Assembly: GCA_001643675.2 (NCBI GenBank)
Contig: LSRY02000023.1
Location: 620,001 to 684,000, forward strand
Reading direction: 5' to 3'
DNA length: 64,000 nt
Origin: Monocercomonoides exilis PA203
Lineage: Eukaryota; Protista; Preaxostyla
The stretch's first letter is position 1. Every line of letters starts with the position of its first letter. Both the position numbers and the translations under genes were made by a program. Under the pieces are notes generated by a model. That model was not told the origin of the DNA and did not search any database. It saw only the letters and a program-made list of their open reading frames with translations. This document shows, in pieces, positions 38,540 to 51,144 of the stretch.

Positions 38540-39720
38540 AAATAAAATAAGAATAAAACTAAATTAAATTAAATAATAATTAATTTTTTAAAAAACAGAC
38601 GATTGCCAAAACTTCTTAAGATTTTAAAAAGCTCTTTGAAAAGAATTTGTTGAAAGAATTTGTAACATTTGGTTGTTTTTTCTTTTTTGTCAGTGACGGT
38701 CAATGAAAAATTGTGACAAAAATATTCCTCAACAGACATTTCGTGTCAAAAAAATCAAATATTGGGAACTTGATCATGTTTATTAAAAATTTGATTTTGT
38801 CAAAATAATAAGAATTATTTTATGAAGATTTTCAAATAAATTATTATAGTAATTAAGAATTATGAAATCGTTATTCTATATTTTTTTGACAAATCACAAA
38901 TATCTTATCTATCATTTTGTCATTTTTTTTATTTTCTTTTGTAATGTCACAGACTTATAGTTTTTGTCATGTTGAAATAATTTTTGAAAGGAGGAACAAC
39001 TTTTCAGAGTTCATTTGTCAAAATATAACCTCAGTGACAAGACAAAAGAAAATTGGAACAATGACAAAATGATAGATAAGATATGGTGGAAAATACAGAC
39101 TTTCAAGCTTTTTTCGCACTAGTCATTGAAAAATTGCTTCACTCATAACTTTGTTTGGCTTTCTCAGATTTCAAAAAAATTTGATTTTCATATCCGTAAA
39201 CATGCATCATTGAAATCATAACATGAAGTGTTGTAACATTTCAATATTGTCAAAAAATAAGCCCATTTTTTTCAAATTTTTTGATCTCAAAAAGTCAATG
39301 AAAAGTGCATAATTTTTCTATGAAAATGCCTGAAGTGAAATATTTTGCACCATATTTGTGATTTGTCTTGAAGGGTTATTTGCAGCGATTTAACGATTCT
39401 TAATTACAATTAAAAATCATTTGATAATCGAAATACAACAATTCTTATTATTTTGAAAAAGTCGAAGTAAAAATAAATATGATCAAGTTCCCCACTCACG
39501 ATTTTTTTGACACGAAATGTCAGTTGAGGAATTTTTTGTCACAATTTGTCATTGACCGTCACCGACTAATGAGAAAAAGACAGATATTTCAAATTCTATC
39601 AACAAATTATTTCAAAGCTCTTAATAAAGTTTATTTAAGATTTCGCAATAATTCGTATTATTTCGTATTATTTTAATTAAAATTTATTAATTATTTAATA
39701 TCATTTTTATTTTATTTTTT
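38540..39720. mobile_element. Foldback (long inverted repeat) element; outer limits approximate
   Basis: Arm ~38540-38922 is the reverse complement of ~39061-39720 once the 39085-39351 insertion is removed (e.g. gtgacggtcaatgaaaaattgtgacaaaaa vs tttttgtcacaatttgtcattgaccgtcac). Confidence 0.75.
39085..39351. mobile_element. MITE family B (267 bp, ATAT flanks)
   Basis: ggtggaaaata...tattttgcacc. The empty site is preserved on the opposite foldback arm (gataagATATttgtg). Second copy at 48280-48546. Confidence 0.85.
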
Positions 39721-40649
39721 TTTATTAAGATTTCATTTTTATGTCATTTTTATTTTATTTTTATTTTTTTTTTTTAAATTTTTTTTTTAATGACGGACAA
39801 ATGATTTTTTAGGGTGGTCCAAAATATTTTGTTAAAATTATTAAATATGGTATTAAAATTTTATTAAAAAACATTTTTCAGAATAATAATCACCTTTATG
39901 AGTCGTTACAAATTGCAATCACCTTTTCCAACTATCTAACCATTGAAAAATCATATCTGTTGAAATTATTAGAAAAATTTTTGTGTTCCAGGAACGAATT
40001 GTTCGAATATCTGGAAGCTCCAAACTTTTACAAATTAAAGCTTATCATGTATTTGATCAGCTTACAAACCGATTGATGAACAAAATTCAGTTTTATCGAA
40101 TATTTTTTGATATTTTTATTTTTTATTTCCCATTATTTATTATTTTTGCAAAGAAATATGGACCACCCTATAATTCTTATCATGACACAGAGGTGTAATT
40201 CCCATGTTAAAAAAACAAAGAAAATAAAAAAAATCAAAAAAATATTTTATGGTGAAAAATGGTACAAATATCATAATGCAAAATATTTCGTTCTATGTGT
40301 CATCAATTTCTGAGATTAAAGTGTTTCATTTTTCACATCATTTTTATTGAAATAACAAATAAAAATATATAAAAATGAAATGTTCACATATAAAGTAGTT
40401 ATTTTTGTTTTTGAATGAAAGTTATTCAATATTTTTGAATACACCTAGACAATCATTTATAATGAGATAATTGATCATTGAATTATTTAATATTTTCAAA
40501 AAAATCTGTCATTTTACGTGTGAATGATTTAACGTTGCTGTTTTGAGTAGTGTTTGTACAAATACAATGATTTTCATGGGAAATTTTTTAATTTTTTTTT
40601 TTTTTTGTTTTTTTGCATTCCAAACATTAAGTTTATCTCACAGAAATTC

Positions 40650-42695
40650 ATGGAATTGGCAAGCAAAAATAGTAAAAAATGCTATGATGTACATACCCCT
40701 TTTGAACGTTTTGCGCAATTTACTGAAATGTCACAGTTTACAAATGCTTCATCTTCTTCTGTTCCATTTTCGCTTAAAAAGTTCAAAACTCCGCGGAATA
40801 TTTATCAAAATGAGAAAGTGGAAGCAAAAAATACCCCTGCATGTTCGAGTGTTTCTATTTCAAATCAATCTTTTGAAACAGAGCAAGAATCTTCGAAAGT
40901 ATCTATTCTTTTCGAAAAGAATAATTTCGCTCTTTCTTCAATAAACTCCTCTTGCAAATTACAGCCTGGAAATGACTTTTTTCAGTTTGGTTTGTTTTAT
41001 CCAAAGCTGGAAAAGCCTGCGTTTGAATCACCTTTGAATACGACAAATAAGAACATTTCTCAAAAATGCGACAAAAGAAAAAATACATTTGATTCAAATG
41101 GTCAAATTAATTTAGAAGGATGGACACAACATTTTTCAAAGAGTGATATTGGTACACTAACATTGAATCAAAAAGCTCTTTTCAACAGTAAACTCACTTC
41201 ATTTTCGCCTGATGTTGAAGTTGAGATTGACGAAACAAAAAACTGCATAATGCCAAAATTGAGAAAGATGGAAATGATTGAACGATGGGAAAAAATGGAT
41301 TTACTTACAATCAATTCAAACGAAAAAGATGATTGTGATGATCATTATCAACATGAGGAAGAATCAAGCATGAATAAACCCGAATCTCATGATATCAGCA
41401 TGAAAATGACAACAAGAAGGAGAAAAATTGTTATGAGCCAAATAATGGAAGCAATTCGCTTTAAGAAATTATTTGGAGAATGGGTGGAGAAGGACTGGGC
41501 AGTGAATGAGGAGGAAATCAGAATGTGGAAAAAAGCAGAACAAGATATGATCAAAGAGGAAGAGGAAGAAGAGGAAGAAGAAGTGGAAGAAGAAAACGAG
41601 GAAAATAAAGTGACGAACAGCAGAGATAGCGATATTACATCAGATAAAGCGGAAAAAATCGAAAATACATTCACAATGAATTTACAACAAACAGCAGCGT
41701 TTGATGCAGATGATCACCTGCGCCATTTGGAAGAGAACTCCAAAGAGTATTCAGCCAAAGATTTTATATCAACAAGCAATGAAGATAATCTAGCTGCAAA
41801 TAAGCCAGTTTCGCAGTTAACAAGAGCATTGCAAAATGATTACGGCCGATCACTTGATGCTTCAAGGCTTTTGGATTTTGGTGGATCTTCAGTTTTCACT
41901 CAACGGCAGAATATAATTCATAGAAAGAAACATTTCAATCCAAAGTTTCTTCAAAATTGTTCTATTTCAAAAGACGATTTCGATGATTTCCACCAATTTT
42001 CTTCTTCATTTTGTTCAGATTTTTTGTCTTCGCCATATTTTTTGATGGAAAATTGTGAATCAAGCAATCCAACATTTGTTCTTTCATTCAATCAGTCACT
42101 TCCTCAATTACAAAAAAGAAAGGCACATTCCAATTGTTCGCAAAGTGAAGTTATTCAAAGCAATTCCGTTAACGAGCAGGCAAGTGGAAGCGAAGAAACA
42201 GGAGAACGATCATTTTTAGAGGATTCTCTCAATGGAGTGTGCTTGGTGGATGAAGAAGAAAGAGAATGTGTGAATGCAGATGCTAAAAATGGATGCTCAT
42301 TTTTGAACTTGTTAACAATGTTGTCATTGTCAAACGAGATTGCTGATGCTCAGAATTTGTTTCTTTCAACGTCACTTGTGACTTTTACAAGGCCAGTAAT
42401 CATTCCGTTGGATCTACCAACCAAATGGAAGAGAAGCTCGAACGATCCTTACGAATCAATAAAAGCAAAGGGAATATTAGATAGGGAAATAAGAATTTCG
42501 AAAGCACAAGAGTTCCGTTCTTCATTACTAAGGCGCTTATTATCAAAAACACCTCCTCAAAGAAAGTTTTTATGGACATTCGATGAGCTTTTACCAAACT
42601 TCAAAAGGATCTATAAAGACTGGTATTATAGTCAATTTCCAAATCACAAGAACAAATCCAAGAAACAAAAATCATTGAAAAAGAAAGAATGCTAA
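40650..42695 (+). CDS. Hypothetical protein; paralog of 22235-25180
   Basis: Long ORF with first ATG at 40650 (an upstream exon is possible). Shared motif QIMEAIRFKKLFGEW...MWKKAE. Confidence 0.75.
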   Translation: MELASKNSKKCYDVHTPFERFAQFTEMSQFTNASSSSVPFSLKKFKTPRNIYQNEKVEAKNTPACSSVSISNQSFETEQESSKVSILFEKNNFALSSINSSCKLQPGNDFFQFGLFYPKLEKPAFESPLNTTNKNISQKCDKRKNTFDSNGQINLEGWTQHFSKSDIGTLTLNQKALFNSKLTSFSPDVEVEIDETKNCIMPKLRKMEMIERWEKMDLLTINSNEKDDCDDHYQHEEESSMNKPESHDISMKMTTRRRKIVMSQIMEAIRFKKLFGEWVEKDWAVNEEEIRMWKKAEQDMIKEEEEEEEEEVEEENEENKVTNSRDSDITSDKAEKIENTFTMNLQQTAAFDADDHLRHLEENSKEYSAKDFISTSNEDNLAANKPVSQLTRALQNDYGRSLDASRLLDFGGSSVFTQRQNIIHRKKHFNPKFLQNCSISKDDFDDFHQFSSSFCSDFLSSPYFLMENCESSNPTFVLSFNQSLPQLQKRKAHSNCSQSEVIQSNSVNEQASGSEETGERSFLEDSLNGVCLVDEEERECVNADAKNGCSFLNLLTMLSLSNEIADAQNLFLSTSLVTFTRPVIIPLDLPTKWKRSSNDPYESIKAKGILDREIRISKAQEFRSSLLRRLLSKTPPQRKFLWTFDELLPNFKRIYKDWYYSQFPNHKNKSKKQKSLKKKEC

Positions 42696-42816
42696 GATAT
42701 TTCTCATTTTTATTTTTACAATCATTCATTTTTTATGCGAAAAAAATTTGTTTTTAGGTGATTTTTCATTCTGACAATTCCCTTAATAAATTATTTATTA
42801 TTTTGATTTTTATTGG

Positions 42817-45800
42817 ATGGATATTTCTCAGACATCTGTAAAGTCAAGAGAAAAGAGTCGCTTTTCAAAGTTTAATAGGGACGTTGAAAATAGTAATTTA
42901 TATGAGACTACCGAATTATCTGCTGTTACGCTGAGAAAAACAAAAACTGATGAAAAGATATCATTTCGAAGAACAAATGAAAAGGCTACGCGCCTTTTAC
43001 CAGAAATCATAAAAGTCATAGAATCGTCTGCAGAAAATTTACAAAGTGCAGATCCGTTGCAAATACAAAAAGCTTTAGAAGCGCTTAATGATCAATATAA
43101 AATTTCAATCGACATTTCTTCTTACATCAACTCTTATGGCATCATAGATAAGTGCATTGCATGCTTAGAATATCATTCTTTCCCCAAAATACAGGTATAT
43201 GCGATCCACTTTTTTTAAATGAGCTTTTATTTTGTATGTTTTAAAGACAACAGCACTTTCAATTCTTATTAACATATGTATGCTATAGTTTTTCTTATTA
43301 TCGGATTTAATATCTTTATGAAAATCTTTTAAAGGTAATGACGATTATTCCGAAGCAGTCCGAAATGTTATTTTTTCAAATTCGCTAAACGTTGTTGTTA
43401 AACTGCTTTGCCAATCAGACAACAACGAGATAAGAAGTCACTGCGCATTATTTCTTGCAAACGTTGCTGCGCAGACGACAGAATTAAGAGACAGTCTGCT
43501 TGATATGGGAGTTGATACTGTAGCAATCATTATGTTTAATTCAATGCCAATTAGTGATCCGTTCAATATCCTTTCACGACTCATTGAAACAATTGAAAAT
43601 TTTGATAAGCATACAAATGGTGCTTTTACAAGCTATCTTTCCAACGATTCTTCAGATTCTTCGGGATATTTGCCAAATAAGGTCCCATATTTTTTATCTG
43701 CTATTAGCTTTTCGAAAGAAGTTCTGAAACAACTTCTTTTTCTATTTTCAAATCTCCTCAAAGAGTCGAAAAGAAACGTGAGGTACTTTGTGTGGATTGT
43801 GCCAAAGCTTCTTCTTTTGATACGATATGATGGGCTGATGAGGAGAAGGCGAATGAAGAAGGAAGCTGAACTCCGGGAAAAATTTATATCCACAAGTCGT
43901 CAACAATCCTCATTTTTGAACTGGGGAAAGATCGGCAGCGGGACAAGCGGAAACAGAAACAAAATGGATGGAATTGGCTCAGGTTTTACTCTTCCCTCTG
44001 CTGAAGCACTTAAAGAAGCCTTGTCAGGAGAAAGGGAAGCCTTTTCGATTCCAATGAATTTGATAGAGGATATGATTCAGAAAGAGGTGGTGAAAGACGA
44101 TTTGGAGTTGACTGATATGGAGGCAATGGACATATACCAGATATTGTACAATCTCTACGACGAGAAAGATGTATTTCCAGAGGTATTGCTCATTATTCAT
44201 TTTTTTTTTTTCAATGAAAATAATATTGCTAATAAATACGAACACTATTCTTTAATTACTTTTTTTTCTTGATTTCATATTTATTCTATTTTTTACTATT
44301 ATTATTTCCTGATTGAAAAATTTTCTAACAGTTGATTCGAATATCTGGAGTTATTGATGATATCACTAATATCGACAACAATGAAAGAACCGAAAGATTA
44401 AACACGAGAATATGCTTAATTGAAAAGTTTATTGATTCTGATGATGAAGCATTTATTTTGGTTTGCTTCATTTTGTTCACAAAATGAAATTATTTTCTGA
44501 TGTTTTTTTAATAAAACATATTTCTTCGTTTTTGAAATTGGATGTATTGTTTCTTTATTTATCCATTTATCAACCAGCATTTGCTTGCTCATCATGTGCT
44601 CGATGTTGTTGAAGCGTCTCTTCTCTCTTCTTCTGATAAGTTAGTTTTGGAAGGAATCAAGTGCCTGTTTAATTTGTCGAAGAAAAAGAAAAGATTTTTG
44701 GACAGCGATTGGAACTGGGAATGGATTGAAGGAGATGACGACGATGAAGAAGAAGACGATGAAGAAGATGCAATGGATAAAGAGGATGAAGATGAAGAAG
44801 CTTATTTGAGAAGAAGAGAAATGCCATATGAAAGAAAGAAAAGCTCCAAAAGTTGTTCTGCTGGAATTGAATCCTCTTCGTTTTCTGTTGCAAGCAGCAC
44901 ACCAGAAAATTGCACAGTATTCACTCAGACACCAACTGCTTTGCTTCCATCGCTTGTTTCTGCATCAGCCACATTGTCAATCGACGCTTCGACTCCGAAG
45001 CTTTCTCAAGTCAATTCTGATGTGCCAACAGTTCTTGGTGCTTCTTCTGATAATCATCTTGTTGATAATCCTCCTTTGCTCGTTCCAGCTTTCCATAGTC
45101 CTGCCTTCTTTCTCAACAGGACAGATATCATGTCCATCATATTTGAACAAATCAAAGCCAAAAACGAGCTTTTTAGATTTTATTGCTCAGGATTCTTGAC
45201 AAACTACTTTTCAGGCTATTTTATCGAATTTTATGGATGCGAACGATGGGAATTTGCAAGCAGAGCTGAAAAGGAAAAAGAATTAAGAAAAATGATTGCT
45301 GAAAAGCAAAAAGCTGAAGAAGAGAAAGGGAAGTTATCTTCAAGCATTACAAATGAAACATCCTTTTCTTCTTCTTCCACTTCGCCTTCTTTATTTCTAT
45401 TCACATCACAACCGACAATCGGCGCATCCACTTCGATATCTTCTTTTCAATTTCCTTCTGTCTTGTCATCTCCATCTTCGACAACTGAATCACTTCAGAA
45501 TGCTTCTCAATCTGTTCCACATCAACAGATAAATGAAGGAAATTGCTTGTTTTCAAACATTGCTCCTTCACCGTCTGTCACTTCAAATCAATCTTTTTCA
45601 TCAACATCGAATCAGTTCAATTCATCCACTTCGCAATCACAACCATTTCCGCCTGCGCCTTTGTTTTCACAGCCTTCAAGTGCTTCTGTCAACGCATCAG
45701 ATATCTCTCCACAGCCACTTTCTCCCCTCACTTTCATCAGAATACAGCCATCGCCTGCATCTGAACATGCTCTTTTGTCTTCTGTCAAGTTGATTACGAG

Positions 45801-46383
45801 CGACGGACTTATCACCACTTTATGTGAAGTGTTGGTAGATTCAAAAAAGGAAGTTCAAGTGTATCTTCTCAACTGCATTATCAAATTGCTGAGATTGGGT
45901 CAAAAGATAGCCAAAGAAGAGGAGGAGGAAGAAGATGAAGAAGCTCAAAAGGAAAAGTTAGAGCTGAGTGGGATAGAAATGGATGAAGCAAACTCTTTGG
46001 ATTGCAGCAGTTTATCTTCTTCAGACAAACTACTATTGAATAATAAAGTGCTTGAATCTCTTGTTTCAGAAGGAGGAGCAGATATAATAATACAACTGCT
46101 GACAAATCAAAGCGATATTATAAAGTCAAGAGCAAATCATATTTACAACGAATGGATAATGCCAATTTTGGCATTGAGAGCACAAATAAATGCGGAATGC
46201 GGCTCTTATTCAGCATGTGGATTTTCGGATTCTTTTCCTCAAATAAAAGATGATGAAAATTCTGTGGATGGATTTATTATTCACTCAAATAATCTAAGCA
46301 AAAGTGGAATGTTGAATGATGGAGATTCTTGCGAGGTAAGTGAAGAAGAAGATGATGATGAGAATGAAGAGAAAAAGGAATAG
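42817..46383 (+). CDS. Divergent importin-alpha-like ARM-repeat protein (5 exons)
   Basis: IBB-like AVTLRKTKTDEKISFRR. ARM-like FPKIQ-TTALSILINIC and EIRSHCALFLANVAAQTTELRDSLLDMGV. GT-AG introns near 43195, 43278, 44183 and 44461 join the ORFs. C-terminal GGADIIIQLLTNQSDIIKSRANHIYNEW resembles the last importin-alpha ARM. Confidence 0.75.
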
Positions 46384-46848
46384 AGCTTCGAAGAAAACAT
46401 GAGTGAAGAAGCCATATTTTTAAAAAAGGATAGTGAAAATTATTCAAATGCGAAAATTTTAAATGTTTTGAAAAAAAAGACAATATTTTAATGAACTGTA
46501 TTTATGAAGTAACTGTTTGAATTACAAATGTTTCAATGATTTGTTCCGCGAAAATTAAAAGAGAAAGAAAGATAATGGAATCTATGATTCTTCAATTTTT
46601 GTTGAAGTGTTTTTGGAAATTTTACTGAATAAAGTTTGAATGGAAATGAAGTGCTGTTATTTATTCTTCATAAAAAATTTTTCATTTTGAAAGAATATTT
46701 TTCGTTTTATCTTTTGAAAATGGCAAGTTATTTAGGTTTAATGCTTCTTTATTTCCCTTCTTTTTATATCAAGACATTTGTTCAACAAATTTATTTATTG
46801 ATCCACATTTTTATATTTCCAAATGAATTTTTATTATTCAAATTTCCC

Positions 46849-46899
<51 letters not shown>

Positions 46900-47015
46900 A
46901 TGAGAAAGAGAGAGTAACAAAACTGAAAAAATGCTTATGGATGAAAATAAATTGATGAAAGAAATAAATTTCCGTTTGCAACTTCTTTTGTTGGAATGAA
47001 AAAAAATATATAAAT

Positions 47016-47272
47016 GGGTGATTATTTTTGAAACCCTATATTTTCTATCAAAAATTTCGGTTTGAGTTTTTGTTATGATAATTCATAAATGAACCCTGAA
47101 AAGTGACAGAGCTGTGATGTGACGCCTCTTCTATTTTTTCAAATCAAACTTTGGCTTTTGAAACGATATGAAAACATTCAAAATTTGTTAGAAATTATTA
47201 AGCAAATAACAATGAAATTTCTATAAAATCAACACCACGAAAATTGTTATGATTTCAAAAAAAAAATCACCC
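47016..47272. mobile_element. MITE family A2, TSD AAAT
   Basis: AAAT|gggtgattatttttgaaa ... tttcaaaaaaaaaatcaccc|AAAT. Confidence 0.9.
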
Positions 47273-47940
47273 AAATAGTTATTTTCAGACAAATTGAACC
47301 TTTATTATTTTCTGATTGAATGCTTTTTATTTTTTCCAATAAATATTTTCCATTTCTTCATTTTTTCTGATTTATTTTAAATAGAATCAATAATTTATCG
47401 GTGCCCAAAAAATAAATCGGGACCAAAATTTTCTGGCTCTCCAGAGTACTTTTCGAAAAAAAAAATAATAGAAATTTTTGAATATTTAATAATAACACCA
47501 GATCTTTTCAATAAAATATTTGTAAGTTTTAAAATTTTAGTGAAAAGATCTGGTGTTTTATGTTTTATTTTTTTCGATCAAAGACTTGCTCATATTTTCA
47601 CGAGCTTTTTGTTCTGAGATTTTTCAGTGTTGTTATTGTTGTTGAACATAACTGCTTTATAATTTTGGTTATTTTTTGTTATTAAACACATCGTTTTTTT
47701 ATAATTTTTTTCCATTTCACAATATTTCGAAAAAATACAAATCAAAATTTAGAGAAATTTGAGAAACGATGTTTTTATAAGTTGAATAATTGTTGAAAAA
47801 CTGATTGAAAGGTGCATCACCAAAATTTTGAAATGAAAGAATGTTAAATGAAGCAAATGAAACATTAATTTACAAAACAAGCCTTTTAAGAATAATAATC
47901 ACGATCATTAAAATATGAAGATTTTTTTCATTTTGTATAT

Positions 47941-48197
47941 GAGTAATTATTTTTGAATTCATATTTTTTCTAACGAAATTTTCGGTTCAAAAATATCTCT
48001 TGAATAACAATAATAGAACACTGAAGAGTGAAAAGGCTTTTTTAAAATATTTTTATTTTTTATTAAACAAAAAACATTTGTGTTTAAAAACAATTATGAT
48101 GCAATTACTCTATTGAATTAATTATCACTTTCGAATAATCAACAATCTTTAAAAATCAACACCCCGAAAAAATATATGATTTCAAAAATAATGACCC
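47941..48197. mobile_element. MITE family A2, TSD ATAT
   Basis: ATAT|gagtaattatttttgaa ... ttcaaaaataatgaccc|ATAT. Confidence 0.85.
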
Positions 48198-48279
48198 ATA
48201 TTTCAAGTTTTCACCTTCTGATAAAAAAGATTCTTTATTATGAAACTAATAATCTTTAACTCCACAATTATCTGCATAT

Positions 48280-48546
48280 GGAGGAAAATGCGAACTTTCA
48301 AACTATTTTTGCACAAAGCTCAAAAAATTGCTTCACTCATAACTTTATTTCGCTTTCTCAGATTTTGAAATGAATTTGATTTTCATATCCGCAAAAAGGC
48401 ATCGTTGAAAACAAAACATTAAGTTTTCCAACATTTCACGAATGTCAAAAAATGGACTCATTTTTATTGTATTTTTTGATTAAAAAAAGTCAATGAAAAG
48501 TGCATAATTTTTCAATGAAAAAGCTTGAAGCAAAATATTTTATCCC
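48280..48546. mobile_element. MITE family B, ATAT flanks
   Basis: Colinear with and the same length as 39085-39351, with ATAT on both sides. Confidence 0.85.
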
Positions 48547-48750
48547 ATATGGTTTCAAAAATTAACACCCATATCTTCGATTGTTAATAATTTTTTAATT
48601 TTCTTTTTTGAATTTACGAAAAAACTCGTTTGCATGAATAATTTCTTTATTTTTTCAAAATATTGTGAAATGGAAAAAAATAATAAAAAAACGATGTGTT
48701 TAATAACAAAAAATAACCAAAATTATAAAGCAGTTATGTTCAATAACAAT

Positions 48751-51144
48751 AGAACTCGTTCGAATTTTCCCTGCCGCACCAAACTGATTGAGTCACAACG
48801 TATTATATATATCTAAATGAATGTTATTCAATCAAAACGGAACTTTTTCGCTCTCAAAGTGGGCAACTCGAGGAATTTCAATATTTTTTTGTTTTGTAAG
48901 TTATGATCTAAACTTTTTTTGTTTCTTTAATAACTTGGTCTATATTATGAGTTAGGTTTTAACATTTTGTTTGTATGTTTGTTATATATTATTAAAACTT
49001 TTTATGATCCGTTTTTTGAGTTTTGTTTATTTTTTGGACAGTGCATTTATATCATGTTTTTATGCAATTTTAATGAGTATAAATATCTTTTAACCATTTT
49101 TAACTATATTTTTTATATGTTTAGTATTTATATGAAAGATCTAAATGTTTTAATAATATTTTTTTAACAAATTCACTCATTTCATATTTTTATAATTTGT
49201 TTTGAGTACAAACAAGTCAACAATGATAATTAATGAAATTTTCTTGTATTTTTATTTATGTTTTATATAAATTTATATAAAAAAACAAGTCATCAGGAGA
49301 ATCATATTATTAATGGAAAAAAATGTTAGTGAGGTGAATAAAAAAATAAAAAACAATAGAAAAACTCACTGTCTTTGGTTTTACAAGCTCTGCAATGGGG
49401 TTTCACTTGCTCTTTTTTCTTTTTTTGAGGTACTAGAGGAAGAAGCAGAAGGAAAGGAAAACGATGATGAGGATTGTTGAAGGCGAAGAGACCTCCACTG
49501 ATTGGGAAGATACCAAGCTTGAGAAAAATCATTGATTTCCATTTCTTCTTCCATTTCGTCTCTTTCATTTATTATAATTTCATCTCTTCTTTCTTTTTCT
49601 TCTGCAGAAATTTTCTTTTTCTTATCTTTTTCTTCTTTTTCTTCTTTTTCTTCTTTTTCTTCTTTTTCTTCTTTTTCTTCTTTTTCTTCTTTTTCTTCTT
49701 TTTCTTCTTTTTCTTTGTCATTTTCTGACTGTGGGTCATGAGAATCGCCTAAAAAACATAGTTATGGTATTATTCATATAAAATCAAGTGTTTTTAACAT
49801 CATAAACATTAATATGGGCAAAAAAATAAAATCATACTAATTTCTTTTGCAAGCAAAGATGTAACACTGGGAGTTAGTGGTAAGTCAGGGTTCAGTCTGT
49901 TTTTCAGTTTTGCTCTATATTTATCGTTGGTCACCTTTCTTGCTCTCATTCGATTTAAAAAGTTAATATGCAAGTCATTGACAAACCTTCGATTTGCTTC
50001 AGAATCCTTCTCAGTCAGCGGATTGTGCAGAATGTGAAAATTTGCCAAGCAGCACGCAACAGAAAAGTAACTTCCAACTCTGAAGACTTCAAAAGGCCAA
50101 GGATGGCGAAAAACAGCGAAAAGAGTCTTCAATCTTCCAAAGAAGCGCTCAACGATGACGCGGCGAGAAGCGAGGTGTGGAGTTCCGACTGGTTTGGATA
50201 TAATAGCGTCAATTTCAGCTCTTGCACCAATGAAAGCGGAGTCTGCGAGCACTTTTGAGCCTCCCAGAAGAGCCTGAAATTGAGGGTAATGATCCTTAAA
50301 GATGTTAAAATCATGTGTACTGCCTGTATTCACTGAACTGAGCGTGCATGCTGTGCCAATGCGAGGGTTGACTCCGACTTCTATTTTTACGCAGTATATG
50401 TGGTGCTTCCCACTGTAATACTTCTCTCCAAATTCCAAACGTCCCGCAGGCCTGTTGATAGGAATGACTGTACAATCCACAACCACTCCAACATCTTTCA
50501 TGTCATCTGACCTATCTGGCCGAAATGTTAACAGCAAATCAGCCAAAGGTATTTTTAAATCATTCACAACACTATGAAGAAGTCGAACAAGAGCATTTTG
50601 TGTTTTGTAAAATGAAGAAGCCATAAAATGAGTGAATGTTGTTGATCCAAGGTGCAAAAATGAAAGAAGCAAAAAAACTTGATCCTCAAAATTACTCAAC
50701 GCTCTCTCTTTTCCTCTGTGATATGGAATTTCCTTTTGAAGAAGTTTCATAAGAAGATCAAATTCACAGCGAGAAAAACCTGTAAGTCTGAAAAATGCCT
50801 TTGATTTATCTCCTTCAAATTTTTGACAGGCAATTTTAATCAAGGATTCTTTCTCTTCAGATTCCTCGAGATGTGTTGGCTCAGAAATGCGATTTCTTTT
50901 TTCGACTTGAGTCAAAATACTCATAAATGTTGATTGAGACATTTCAAAAAAATATTTAGAAAAATGATAATAACAGATCTTCCCTTTATTATTATTATAA
51001 TTATGTGATCACAACACCCAGTAACATAATCATCGGATGTGACTCAGTCACATTGCATTTGTTAAATCGAAATTGTTTGATATCGATCTTTATGAACCTT
51101 TGCACATCTAATTCTATATGAGTGAATAAATTCGTACAAGTTCT
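48751..51144 (-). mobile_element. PHIS (PIF/Harbinger-ISL2EU group) DNA transposon, 2394 bp
   Basis: TIRs agaactcgttcgaattt / aaattcgtacaagttct with flanks AAT and AGT. The empty site is visible in the other foldback arm (~47630). Confidence 0.85.
49381..50942 (-). CDS. DDE_Tnp_4 (IS5/Harbinger-like) transposase, 2 exons, 490 aa
   Basis: FFRLTGFS HTH region, VVVDCT (D1), YYSGKH, GSTHD, LADSAF (D2) and RVIVERFFGRLK (E). A phase-1 GT-AG intron at 49749-49837 joins an (EEK)n exon ending at TAA 49381-49383. Confidence 0.88.

Noticed and set aside
49326-49568. ORF with CxxC as a second Harbinger gene
   Set aside because: It overlaps, out of frame, the second exon of the transposase and has no Myb/SANT features.
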